Shown here piece by piece: positions 26,845 through 39,477 of a stretch of 64,000 nt of DNA. Each line of letters opens with the position of its first letter. The stretch's first letter is position 1. The translations under genes were made by a program, and so were the position numbers. The stretch covers positions 163,992,001 through 164,056,000 of the forward strand of contig NC_086097.1 in the NCBI RefSeq assembly GCF_963921235.1, given 5' to 3'. Source of the DNA: Mobula hypostoma (Eukaryota). Below the pieces are notes generated by a model. It was not told the origin of the DNA. It was given only the letters and a program-made list of their open reading frames with translations, and searched no databases.

Positions 26845-27750
26845 ACCATACAAAATAGGAGGAGGATTAGGACATTCAAACACATCTGATTTATTTACCC
26901 TCTCACACCCATTCTCCTCCATTCTCTCCATAACTTTTAATGCCTTTACTAATTATATCGCTATCAACTTCCACTTTAAATATACCCAATGACTTGGCCT
27001 CCACAGCAATCTTTGGCAATGAATTCCACAGATTCGCCACTCTCTGGTTAAGGAATTTCTCCTCGTTCTGTTCTGAAGGAGTGTCCTTCTGTTTTGAGGT
27101 TGTGCCCTCTGGTCCTACACTCTCCCACCATTGGAAATATCCTCTGCACATCCATTCTTTCTAAGTAGTTTATTTCAATATTTAGTAGCTTTCAATGATT
27201 CCTAGTTCTTTTAAACTCCATCAAGTACAGTCCAGAGAGGCCAAAGCTGTCTTCGTGCATTAATGCTTTCATTCCCGGGATCATTTTTGTAAACCTCCTC
27301 TGTACTTTCCAATACCAGCACCTTCTTTTTTAGAGTCACAGAGAAGTACAGCACAGAAATAGGCCCTTCAGCTCAACTAGTCCATGCTGAAACCATTTAA
27401 GCTTCCTAATCCCATTGACCTGCACCTGTACCATAGCCCTCCATGCCCCTGCTATCCACGTACCGATCCAAACTTCTCTTAAACATTGAAACCGAGCTCG
27501 CATGCCCCACTTGTGCTGGCAGCTCATCCCACACTCTCATGACCCTCTGAATGGAGAAGTTTCCCATTAAACTTCTCATATTTCACCCTTATCCCATAAC
27601 CTCTGGCTGTAGTTCCACACAACCTCAGTGGAAAAAGCCTGCTTGCATTTATCCAATCTATACCCCTTCTTAGGGAATCCAGCACTGTGACCCCCAAGTC
27701 CTTTCGCTTTTCAATTTCTGAGTATGTTTCCCATTTGGAAAAAGTCTCTG
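26845..27750 (-). mobile_element. Two stacked CR1 3' fragments (second at about 27335-27665)
   Basis: ORF 26903-27151 (NQRVANLWNSLP) plus a second CR1-type 3' end starting cacagagaagtacagcacagaaataggccc. Confidence 0.7.
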
Positions 27751-27751
27751 C

Positions 27752-28710
27752 CAGTGTTTCCCAACCTTCATTAGCCCGACATCTCCCTAATACACATTAA
27801 TTCTTGCCAATGCCCCCCTGAAGCACTTTCATTCTTCCCAACACCCCTTCTAGGCACAATATACTTTCCAGCACCCCAAGAGTGTAAAAACATGTCTACC
27901 ATATGCTAATACGAGAAAAATGATTTTGCTTTAATTTTTTATTTGTCTTTAAACATAGCTTACGCGGTATCTGTGTGTTGTACAGCAGCTTCGATATCAA
28001 TGTGATCTTTGAGCTTGATAGTTTTTAGCAGGAGTTGAAATATCTGGTTCAAATTGTGACAGCAAAAGCCTTAAGTCCCCACACATAACAATGTCCAAGC
28101 GGCTTCTATTTTTTGTGAGTATGTGGTTCACTACACTGAAGGCTCTTTCAGCAAGGTAGAAGGATGGAAATGCAATGAAGAGCAGTTTGGCTCTTCTACA
28201 AGAACAGGAAACTTCATATGACAGTGTCACCATGTAACACAAAAGCCAACATTTTTGAAAAGTATTTTTGCTTCTTCATCATTCTGAATTTTGATAATTT
28301 CTTCTAGAAAACTCTCTTCCTGGTCTTTCAGCTTGCGTAAAATAAAATGGGTTAATTACCCAGTCCAGAATTTTCATATCGTTCAAATCCTTGAATTGAT
28401 TCTGAAAATCCTCCTTCAGTGACTGCAGGTGTAAGCAGTACTCTTACAAATCACCATCTGTGGAAGAGAGTGCCATACTTCCCATGCAAGGAAACTGTAA
28501 GAATATCCTTCTCATAAAGTTTTGCTTATATATTTTCAATTTTCTGATAAAAGTGGATACTGCACTTTTTGCCTGGATTAAATTGAAATTCTCACCCTGC
28601 AGTTTCATATTTAGAATGTTCATTTTGTCATATAGATTGGCTAGGTACGCAACATCTCCATGTAGAAGTTCAATCTTGTTTCCCATCTTGATGGTGAATT
28701 GCACAATGGA
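27752..28710 (-). mobile_element. hAT (Buster/Charlie) transposon remnant: right end and transposase C-terminus
   Basis: TIR-like cagtgtttcccaacctt at 27752. VAYLANLYDKMNILNMKLQG and FPSFYLAERAFS..TKNRSRL..DLRLLLSQFEPDI (hAT dimerisation domain). Second TIR not found. Confidence 0.85.
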
Positions 28711-29044
28711 TCACAAAAAGACTTAACATAGTAACATGTCATATATGATGCTTAATCTGTTGCATAAGAAATCATGTTCTTAATCAGAATACTTTTATCC
28801 TCAGTGTATATTTTGAGCTTGTCATAGATTGATGTTCTGTTCATTGTATTTTCTAGAAGTAAAGCAGGGAGGGAAGTTGTCCCCCAAAAAGAGTGAAACA
28901 ATTTATCTTCCTGAAACTTGGGAGCTTGCATTATGTATGTTTGGCTGCTGTATCATCAGGTATTGCAACAGAAAGATGTCAGTATTACTTCAGCAACTGT
29001 AGGTGTATAAAGATATCATGAGGTTATGAGTGATGTTACATAAG

Positions 29045-29932
29045 TATCCCACCACCAAACATCTTCCCCCGACACCTCCCCCCCAACTTTCCAGTTTCTT
29101 CAGTGATCACTCCCTACACAACTCCCTTGACAATTCATCCCTCCCACTGATCTGCCTCCTGGCACTTATCCTTGCAAGCGGAACAAATGCCACACCTGCT
29201 CCTACACCTCCTCCCTCATCACCATTCAGGGCTCCAAACAGTCATTCTACATGAAGTGACACTTCACCTCTGAGTCTGTTGAGATCATCTACTGTATCCA
29301 GTGCTCCCGGTGTGGCCTCCTATATGTTGCAGAGACCTGACATAGATTGGGAGACTGCTTTGCCAAGCACCTATGCTCTGTCCACCAGAAAAACCAGGAT
29401 ATCCCAGTGGCCACACAATTTAATTTTACTTCCCATTCCCATTCCAGTTCCAACATGTCAGTCCATGGCCTCCTCTACTACCAGGATAAGGTCACAATCA
29501 GATTGGAGGAGCAGCACCTTGTATTCCATCTGGGTAGTCTCCAACCTGATGGCATGGACTTCAATTTCTCACAGTTCCAGAAATTGCACCCCCTCCCTCT
29601 CTCACTTCACCTCCCTCTGGTGCTCCTCCCTCTTCCCTTTCTTCCATGGTTTTCTGTCCGAACAGATACCCCCTTCTCCAGCTCTTTACTTCTTTCACCA
29701 ATTGACTTCCCAACTCGTTATTCACCAGCTCCCCCCCCCCACCTCGGTTTCACCTATCACCTATTACCTTGTACTTCTTCCTCCCTCCCCCCCCCCCCAA
29801 CTTTTTTATCCGGACCTCATCTTTTTTCTCCAGTCCTGGCGAAGGGTCTTGCTCCAAAACATTGACTGTTTACTCTTGTCCATAGCCTCTGCCTGGCCTG
29901 CTATCAAACGGCCAGCATTTTGTGTGTGTTAC
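29045..29932 (+). mobile_element. Penelope-like element 3' part (GIY-YIG endonuclease + pseudo-LTR)
   Basis: Decayed FTSES..IIYCIQCSRCGLLYVAET..LGDCFAKHLCSV..PVATQFN..RLEEQHLVFHLGSLQPDGM; pyrimidine-rich UTR; pLTR with a decayed hammerhead motif at 29831-29868. Confidence 0.88.
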
Positions 29933-30911
29933 TAACATAAGTACCAATTATTTTCTTCTTTTGGCATGGCTAACTCAATATCTGTAGTTCTATTGAACTT
30001 CTTCATGAACAAAACAAGTGGTTGTGTCTTGGCTAGGAATCTCCCCTAGTGATCTCAGTTCATCTTGTTTTGTCCCTGCTGTGCCAGTTCCACAAGGAGG
30101 ACATTTGGGACAATAACTGTTAAAATCCCACATGGAATAGATTGTGGTAGAAATATGGTTAAGTGAGGGCTCCATTGGTTTGGAGACATGAGTTCAGAGC
30201 CATCACAGCAGATGGAAATTTAAATTCTGATACCTCAATAAATCTGAATACAAAAATTATACAGTAGCAGTAACTGAGACACCTCTGATGCAGGTCCTGG
30301 ACCAGAATGTGAACTTACTCTCTATCCAACAATACTGTCTAATCTGCTCTATGTTTCCAGCAGCTTTCTTTCTCTTTTTATGTTATTAAAACCTACTTGA
30401 TTTAGTGAAGGAAGGTCAGAGGGAGCTACAATGGAGAGTAAATGTATGCTTCTGTGACCCATATCTGCAATGACCTCAATGACCTTACTAAGAATGAACT
30501 TCCAACAGTGATAGATCACAAGACAAAGGAGCAGAAGTAGGCCATTTGGCCCATCGAGTCTGCTCTGCCACTCCACCATGAGCTAAACTATTCTCCCATC
30601 TAGTTTCAATTTCCAGCTTTTTTCCTATATACCTTGATACCCTGACTAATTAGATACCTGTCAATCTCCTCCTTAAACACCCTCAATGATCAGACCTCCA
30701 CAGCTGTATGTGGCAACGAATTCCATAAATCCACAACCCTCTGACTAAAAAAAACTCTCCTCATCTCCGTTTTAAATGGGTACCCTCTAATTCTAAGACT
30801 GTGGCCTCTTGTCCTGGACTCACCCACCAAGGGAACCAGCCTTTCCACATCTACTCTGTCCAAACCTTACAACATTCGAAATGTTTCTATGAGATCCCCT
30901 CTCATTCTTCT

Positions 30912-32169
30912 TTTTAAATCTTTTTATTGAATAAGTACACAGAAGGTAAGCCATATAGGCACTAATACACTGTTAGAATATAATATATTACAGGAAATAT
31001 TAATACAGAAAAAAATTAATACAAGCAGTGCAATTTAAACATAAAATAACAAGGTAATATAATAGTATACTAATTTTTATATATATCAATAGAAAAAGAA
31101 AAAAAAAACCAAAAAAAACCCACCGTGCAGCTAAACTAAAAAGCAAAGCAAAGCAATGGGCTAACTAGGAAACAAGTAGAGTTAAAGTACTTAAAATCAC
31201 GTCCTCAAACACGACCTCCATTAAAAACAGTTAAAAAAAAAAACAAGAAGGGAATATAAATATGGACCGAGAGAAAAAAAAATTACATTAAATGAAAATG
31301 TTGAATAAAAGATCTCCAGGTCTGATCGAATTTAACTGAAGAATCATAAAGATTACTTCTAATTTTCTCCAAATTTAAACATAATATCGTCTGGGAAAAC
31401 CAAAAAAACGTAGTTGGAGCATTAGTCTCTTTCCAATGTTGTAAAATACATCTTTTCGCCATTAAAGTAAGAAATGCAATCATTCTACGGGCTGAAGGAG
31501 AAAGATTACTGGAAATTTTAGGTAATCCAAAGATAGCAGTAATAGGATGAGGAGAGATATCTATATTCAATGCCTTTGAGATAATATTAAAAATGTCTCT
31601 TCAAAAAGTTTCCAGTGTAGGACAGGACCAAAACATATGAGTTAAAGAGGCTATCTGCCCCGGACATCTATCACAAAAAGGATTAATATGAGAATAGAAA
31701 CGAGCTAATTTATCTTTGGACATATGTGCTCTATGGACAACTTTAAATTGAATTAGGGAATGTTTAGCACAGATAGAGGAAGTATTGACTAGTTGTAAAA
31801 TCTGCACCCAGTCATCCGCTGAAATAATAAAACCCAATTTCTGTTCCCAATCTGACCTAATCTTATCAAATGGAGCTTTCCTAAGTTTCATAATAATATT
31901 ATAAATAATAGCCGTTGCACCTTTCTGACATGGATTAAGGTTAATTATAGTATCTAGAATATATGTAGGAGGGAGCATTGGAAAAGGAAGAAAGTATAGT
32001 ACTTAGGAAATTTCTAACTTGGAGATATCTAAATAAATGTATTCTTGGTAAACTATATTTATTAGATAATTGTTCAAAAGACATAAGGGAACCATCTAAA
32101 AATAAATCCAAAAACCGTGAAATACCCTTAGTCTTCCAAATTTGAAAAGCACGATCCGTGAAAGAGGGA
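30912..32169 (-). mobile_element. 5'-truncated L1, same family as 2514-8391, nested in CR1
   Basis: 10-bp TSD tcattcttct (30902-30911, 32170-32179). ORFs 31283-31570 and 31601-31978 are nearly identical to the C-terminus of ORF 6501-8012, and the 3' UTR is shared. Confidence 0.95.
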
Positions 32170-33240
32170 TCATTCTTCTATACTCTAATGAATACAATCC
32201 AAGAGCCAACAAACGCTCCTCATATATTAGCTCCTGCATTCCAGGAGTCATCCTCATAAATCTTCTCTGAACTCTCTCCAACATCAGTACATCCTTTCTA
32301 AGATAGGGGGCCAAAAACTGCACACAGTATTCCAAATGAGGTCTCATCAGTGCCCCATAGAGCCTCACCAACACCTCCTTACTCTTATACACTATTCCTC
32401 TTGAAACGACTGCCAACATAGCATTCGCCTTCCTTACTGCCGATCCAACCTGGTGGTTAACCTTTAGGGTATCCTGCATGAGGACCCCCAAGTCCCTTTG
32501 CACTTTCGATTTTTGAATTTTCTCCCCATCTAAATAATAATCTGCCTGATTATTTCTTCTTCCAAAATGTACAACCATACATTTCTCAACATTGTATTTC
32601 ATCTGCCATTTCTTTGCCCACTCTCGTAAACTGACTAAAGCTCTCTGCAACCTTTCCGTTTCTTCAACACTTCCTGCTCCTCCACCTTCTTGGTGTCATT
32701 CGCAAAATTAGCCACAAAACCATTTACTCCATAATCTAAATCATCAATATACATTGTAAAAAGAAGCAGCCCCAACACCGACCCCTGCAGAACACCGCTA
32801 ATAACTGGTAACCAATCAGAATAGGATCCCTTTATTCCCACCATTTGCTTTCTGCCTGTCAGCCAATGCTCCACCTATTCCAATATCTTTCCTGTGATTC
32901 CATTGGCTCTCAACTTATTAAGCAGCCTCTTATGCGGCACCTTATCAAAAGCCTTTTGAAAATCCAAATACACAATATCCACAGCCTCTCCCTTGTCAAT
33001 CTTACTTGAGATTACCTCAAAAAATTCCAATAGGTTGGTGGGGCAGGATCTTTCCCTCATGAAACCATGCTGGCTTGGGCCTATCTTGTCATGCAGCTCG
33101 AGGTATTTCATAACCTTGTCCTTGAGAATTGACTCCAATAACTTTCCAACTACCTATGTCAGATTAATAGGTCTGTAATTTTCTTTTTGCTGCCTCCCTC
33201 CTTTCTTAAACAGCGGAACTACATCTGCGACCTTCCAGTC

Positions 33241-33537
33241 ATAGTCATAGTTATATTTTAATAATCCTGCGGGAAACTGGTTTTCGTTACAGTTGCTCCA
33301 TAAGTAATAAATAGTAATAGAACCATAAATAGTTAAATAGTAATATGTAAATTATGCCAGTAAATTATGAAAGAAGTCCAGGACCAGCCTATTGGCTCAG
33401 GATGTCTGACCCTCCAAGGGAGGAGTTGTAAAGTTTGATGGCCACAAGCAGGAATGACTTCCTAGGACGCTCTGTGCTGCATCTCGGTGGGATGAGTCTC
33501 TGGCTGAATGTACTCCTGTGCCCACCCAGTACATTAT
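33241..33537 (-). mobile_element. Short Rex1/Babar 3' fragment nested in CR1
   Basis: STFSQRLIPPRCSTERPRKSFLLVAIKLYN, an (actatg)n tail, and the CR1 sequence ccagtc|ctttggaacc resumes across it. Confidence 0.8.
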
Positions 33538-35269
33538 GTCCTTTGGAACCATGCCAGAGTCTATTGATTCCTGGAAGAAAAATTTCCAATGCCTCCACAA
33601 TCTCCAAAGCTACCTCCCTCAGAACCCATGGTGCACATCATCCAGTCTGGGAGACTTATCTGTTCTTAGTCCATTTAGCTTCCCAAGCACTTTCACTCTA
33701 GTAATCTTGACTGTACCTAATTCTATTCCCTGAGACCTCTGGCTATCAGGTATGTCTTCCACTGTGAAGACTGATGCAAAATACTCATTTAGTTCCTCTG
33801 CCATCTCTTTGTTACCCATTATAATTTCTCCAGCATCATTTTCAATCGGTCCTGTATCGACCCATGTCACTCTTTTACTCTTCATATATTTAAAAAATCT
33901 CTTAGTATCCTTTTTTATGTTAAATGCCAAGTTCCTTTCATAATTCATCTTTTCTTTCCTAATGACTTTTAGTTTCTTTCTTTCTGTAAGTTTTTAAAAG
34001 TCTTCCAGTCCTCATTTTTCCCACTAATTTTTGCTTCCATGTACACTGCCTTTTTTGCTTTTATTTTAGCCTTAACCTCTCTTGTTAGCCACATTTGTGC
34101 CATTTTTCCATTCATGATTTTCTTTTTTCTTGGAATATATTTTTCCTGCATTTTCCTTATTTCTTGTAGGAATTTCATCCAATTCTGCTCTACCGTCCCT
34201 CCATCTAGCTTACTTTTCCAATCGACTTGGGCCATTTCCTCTCTCATATCACTGTAATTTCCTTTGTTCCACTGAAATGTCGATACACCTGATACCAGCT
34301 TCTCCTTTTCAAATTTTAAACTGAACTCAATCATATTATGATCACTACTTCTAAGGGGTTCCATTACCTCCAGCTCCCTAATCGCCTCCGGTTCGTTACA
34401 CAGCACCCAATCCAAAACAGCCGGTCCCCTGGTGGGCTTCTGGACAAGCTGCTCCAGAAAGCCATCCCGTAGGCATTCTACAAACTCCCTCTCCTGAGAT
34501 CCATTACCTTCCTGACTTTCCCAATCCACTTTCATATTAAAATTCCCCATAATTATCTTGACATTTTCCTTCTGACACACTTTTTCTATTTCCAGCTGTA
34601 ACTTGTAGTCCACATCCCGGCTGCTGTTTGGAGGCCTGTATATAACTGCCATTAGTGTCTTTTTACCCTTGCCATTTCTTAACTCAACCCATAAGGATTC
34701 TACCTCTTCTGATCCTATGTCCCTTCTTTCTAGTGATTTGATATCGTTGCTTACCATCAGGGACACGCCACCCCCTTTACCTACCTTCCTATCTTTCCTA
34801 TACAGTGTGTATCCTTGGACATTCAGCTCCCAATCACATCCATGATTTAGCCATGACTCGGCGATGGCTACAATGTCATATCTTTTAACCTGTAGCTGTA
34901 CAACAAGGTCATCCACTTTATTTCTAATGCTGCGTGCATTTAAGTACAGTACATATAGATCTGTATCTGTTACCGATAGCGGAAGAAAACATCCTATTCT
35001 CATCTAAATGTAATCACGGACCCACATTAACAGGGGAGATTTTTAACGTCAAGCAAAGTCTTTTCACGTATCTTGGTACATAAACCAATTACTAATCCTC
35101 CCTTACAAAACTGGCGATTTCTGAGCTGGGTAACCTTTTGATAACTTTTGAGTACCAATGTGACTGTGTTAGATTAGCTAGAGGTTCTTAAGGCACCACA
35201 TTTTTAAACTAGAGTTCATTTCCTTCAATGTTAGTAGTTTGTTTGCATATTTCTTTACAAGAACTATTT

Positions 35270-35890
35270 CAAGAATTATTTCAAGGGGAATAGAATATAA
35301 AAGCAAGGAGATAATGCTGAGTCTTTATAAGACACTAGTCAGGCCACATCTGGAGTATTGTCAACAGTTTTGGGCCCCATATCTCAGAAGGAATGTGTTG
35401 TTATTGCAGAGAGTCCGGAGGAGGTACACGGGTATGATGCCAGGACTGAAAGGGTTAATATATGAGCAGCATTTGGCACCTTTGGGCCTGTACTTACTGG
35501 AATTTAGAAGAATGTCTTGGGATCTCATTAAAACCTACCAAATGTTGAAAGGACTAGATAGGGTGGATGTGGAGAGGATGTTTCCAATAGCGGGGGTATC
35601 CAGAACTAGAGGGCACAGCCTCAAAATTGAGGGATGATCTTTTAGAACAGAGGTAAGGAGGAATTTTTTTTTAGCCAGAGAGTAGTGAATCTGTGGAATG
35701 CTCTGCCAGAGACTGTGGTGGAGGCTAAGTCCATGGGTATATTCAAGGCGGAAGTTGATAGTTTCCTGATCAAAGGTTATGGCGAGAAGGCAGGTGTATG
35801 GGGTTGAGTGGGACCCGGGATTGATGGAATGGCAGAGCAGACTCGATGGGCTGAATGGCCTAATTCTGCTCCTATGTCTTATGGTCTAAC
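35270..35890 (+). mobile_element. CR1 LINE 3' fragment
   Basis: ORF 35239-35637: ISRGIEYKSKE..LYKTLVRPHLEYC..TRGHSLKI. Confidence 0.88.
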
Positions 35891-36071
35891 TGTCTTTTCA
35901 GTAATTTCCTTGATAAATAGTGAACATGTTAGACTGATGTTAATCAAGAATAATGGAATTTTCTGTGCTTCTGCAGATTATCAACTGGTACAGCCAGTGC
36001 AAAGAGTGAATTAAACAGTATTCATTTTCTTGTAAAGACACCCATTGTGTAAAAGATTATTTTGACTGTGT

Positions 36072-36720
36072 AACACACACAAAATGCTGGAGAAACTCAG
36101 CAGGCCAGGCAGCATCTATGAAAAAAGTAAACAGTTGATGTTTTGGGCTGAGACCCTTCATCAGGACTAGAAAGGAAGGGGGAAGGAGTCAAACTATGAA
36201 GGTGGGGGGAGGGAGAGGAAGTAATACTAGGTGGTAGTCGAAACCAAGAACGGGGAGGGGTGAAGTACAGAGCTAGGAAGTTGATCAGTGAAAGAGATAA
36301 AGGGCTGGAAAAGGAAGAATCTGAAAGGAGAGGACAGAAGGCCATGGAAGAAAGAGAAGGGGGAGGAGCACCAGAGGGACATGCTGGGCAGATAAGGTGA
36401 GAGAGGGAAACAGGAATGGGGAATGGTGGGGCGGGGGGTCGTAATTACTGGAAGTTTGAGAAATTGATGTTCATGCAATCAGGTTGGAGTCTACTCAGAC
36501 AGAGTATATGGTCTTACTCCTCCAGTCTGAGTGTGGCTTCATCGCAACAGTAGAGGAGGCCACAGACCGATATGTTGGAATGGGAATGGGAAGTAGAATT
36601 GAAATGGGTGGCTGACAGTTTACCCTTTTCCATTGATGCTGCCTGCCCTGCCGAGTTCCTCCAGCGTTTTGTGTATGTTGCTTTAGATTTCCAGCATCTG
36701 CAGATTTTCTCATGTTTGTG
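36072..36720 (-). mobile_element. Penelope-like 3' fragment with an inverted pLTR piece
   Basis: Reverse homolog of 29400-29930, with a hammerhead-like motif at 36132-36169 (- strand). 36615-36720 is an oppositely oriented pLTR end. Confidence 0.85.
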
Positions 36721-37139
36721 ATTTACTATGACTGTAACATTAGGTGATTACATTGGCTTAGATAGGACATATGTTACAGAAAATGTAATTCAACCCAAAC
36801 ACACCATGTGACTCTTATGTGCCATTAAAGCTCCTTCATTTTTTCTTCAATTTAGTCTATCAGCTCCCCTATTTCCTTCAGTGTGTCTACTTACCCAGCC
36901 TCTAAATGCAGCCAAGCCATTTGCTTCAGCCATGCTCTATGGTAGTAAGTCCCATATTCCTGCCACTTTTTGGGTAAAGAAGTTTACCAAGTTCCCATTT
37001 GATTTCTTGGTCCTATTATGAATGGTGGTTTCAGGCAAAGGATCTTATCAGACCAGTAATGTCACAGTCTGAGTGACTTCACCTGGTTTCTGAAACATTA
37101 GCCACTGATATAAAACTGGGTTATCAGATTGAACAGGGA

Positions 37140-37455
37140 CACAGCTAGTAGTGATGCTGCCACACTGTTCCTTTCACCTGACTTCTGTCCTGGTCATGAG
37201 TGCTGTCCCGGTGAGCTTGTGCGTCCTCTTGCGTTTCCTCCAGCTTCTCTACTTTTCCCCACATCCCAAAGATGTGGAGGTTGTAGGTTAAGTGGCCATT
37301 CTGAAAGTCTTCCACATGTACCATGGTGTGTGGTAGAATATGCGGGGCTTGACCTGAATGTGGGAAGAAGAAAATAGCATTAGAATAGAATCCCTGCAAG
37401 TGGGTGCTTGACAGTCAACATAGACTGGCCAGAAGGACTATTAACGGATTCGATG
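37140..37455 (+). mobile_element. HE1/V-SINE-like SINE
   Basis: Decayed tRNA-like head, core gagcttgtgcgtcctc..cccacatcccaaagatgtg..taggttaagtggcca, CR1-like tail. Confidence 0.6.
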
Positions 37456-39477
37456 ACGTTAAGACTCATTTCCAATGACTCAGATTCTCATTATTATTTT
37501 GTCTTTTGCACATTGGCTGTTTGTCAGTCTTTGCCTGTTTGTGTACAGTTTTTCATAAAATTCTATCATAGTTCCTTTTTCTCTAAATGCCTGCAAGAAA
37601 ATAAATCTCAATGTACTTTATGGCAATATATATGTACTTTGATAATAAATTTACTTTAAACTTTGAACTTTAAACTTCTTCTGATCTACCTTTATCTATG
37701 ATCGAAGAATATGGGTATTTTCCCTAAATTATTCAAAAACAAGGAAATGGAAGCTTGGGTAGTGAGTGAATAATGTGGTATGTTGCAGCAATGGGTTGGC
37801 CTGAAGAGCCATTGTGAAACAGCAAGCCTAATATTTAAGAGTCCTTGAGGAATTTCATATGAAGTATTCCATTACAAGAGAAAGATAATAAAGGCTTGTT
37901 CAAGGAAACAGCTCTTAAGGAGCATCTGAAAAGAGAAGAGAATGGTAGAGAGGAAAATGGTTTAGGGGAGGAAATTCTAGCATTTAGGAATCAATCCCAG
38001 TGGTGAAACATTGTGCATTGAGGGTGCTCAAGAGGGCAGAATGCAGAGAGAGCTCAGCAAGTGCAGAACTGGAGGAATTACAGAGAAAGTGACAGAGAGA
38101 GCATTTGCTTGAGCAGGCAAATGAGACTGGTTTAGATAGCAAATCAAAATCAAGAAATTCGTTGTTTTATGGCAGCAGTACAATGCAGGCCAAAAAAACT
38201 CCTTTAAGTTACAAAATAAATCATGCAAAAGATATGAAGTGCCTTTTTACCGTGCATGAGTGTTTTGTGTCACACTGAATCTCTTCATTCTCCTAATGAA
38301 GTAGAGCCACAGGTGTGACTTCTTCATGATTACTTCAATGTGTTGGGCAAAGGATAGATCCTCTGAGATGCTGACACCCAGAAAATTTGAAGCTGCTCAC
38401 ACTTTCCACCGCTGACTTCTCAATGAGGACTAGTATGTGTTGTGATGACTTCCACCTTGGTCGGCATGGATGAGTTGGGCCAAAGGATCTGTTTCCTTGC
38501 TGTATGACTCTTTGATTCTATGAGTTTACAGAGAGACTGCTTAGGAACTTGAACCAGGCTTGAGCATTTTAAAGTTGTTGAATTGCTTAACGTAGTGTAT
38601 GATTTGACCACTTAGCTTTTGGCAACAATATTCAGTCACTGGGTTTTCCAGCAGGCGTTTGATAGCAATCAGGTCCAACACAGATTATTTTCTTCATCGT
38701 AGGTAGGGATTGCTGAGATCATTAGTTGGACTCATACTGCAAGCTCAAGCTGGGATCTACTGCCTCAGTGTAGATCCAGAACCTGTGACATTCTGCTGTG
38801 GGTTACATGGTCGCAAGCTGACTTGATAACAAAAGGTGGAGGTAGCTCAGCATGAAGATGCTTGATTTTGTCTGCTACATATTGTGTTGTGCATTCTTTG
38901 TGATACCGACACAAGGAGAACTGAGTGATAATATTGTGATGTGTTTTTCTATGGCAATAGCTGACCTCAAGGATGGCAAGATTGTTGATGTTGTTGGTAG
39001 TTTTTAGATAAACAATTCCAGTCATTGCAATAAATTCTACATCTAAGTCTATTATATAACAACTGCATATTACCTCCTGTAAATGTCTATTCATGTAACT
39101 TATCTTTCTGTATTCAGTGAAGCCTTTTTCTGGGTGAATATGTAAGAAAACACAGGTATTTATGTGATAGCTCATCCTTTCCTCTATAGCAACCATCCTC
39201 ATCTCCTCATAATTGTGCTCTCTCTCTTTACCCTGGAAATTACAGTCATTTACCTATTGAAATTTTCTCTCCCACCAAAGCTACAGAAAGGTTGTTTTAA
39301 CCATTTTTCTTCTTCTCATGAGGGCCTCCTGGAATTTTCTCTAATCCAATGATGAAATGCAATTCTGTGTCGCATGAAGTTGCATAAGAAGTAGAAACAG
39401 GAGGCCATTCAGTCCCCTGTGCCTGCCACACTCAGCTCTTGTTTCCCGCACTAATCCTTTAGTGGATCCTTTAGAGG

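Larger units (their letters stand above)
30510..35005 (-). mobile_element. Long CR1 LINE (almost the whole ORF2) with two nested insertions
   Basis: APE ORF 33969-35003 (LYLNARSIRNK, IYRPP, SSDHNMIEF); RT pieces (SQHGF, DFQKAFDKVPH, QGSVLG, HLEYCVQF); 3' UTR ends near 30515. Confidence 0.93.

Noticed and set aside
35960..36014. ctgcAG followed by ..YQLV.., resembling the start of the next PTPR exon (VYQIVV/VYQLVV)
   Set aside because: Similarity ends after four residues, a stop follows at 36012-36014, and the length and phase do not fit.
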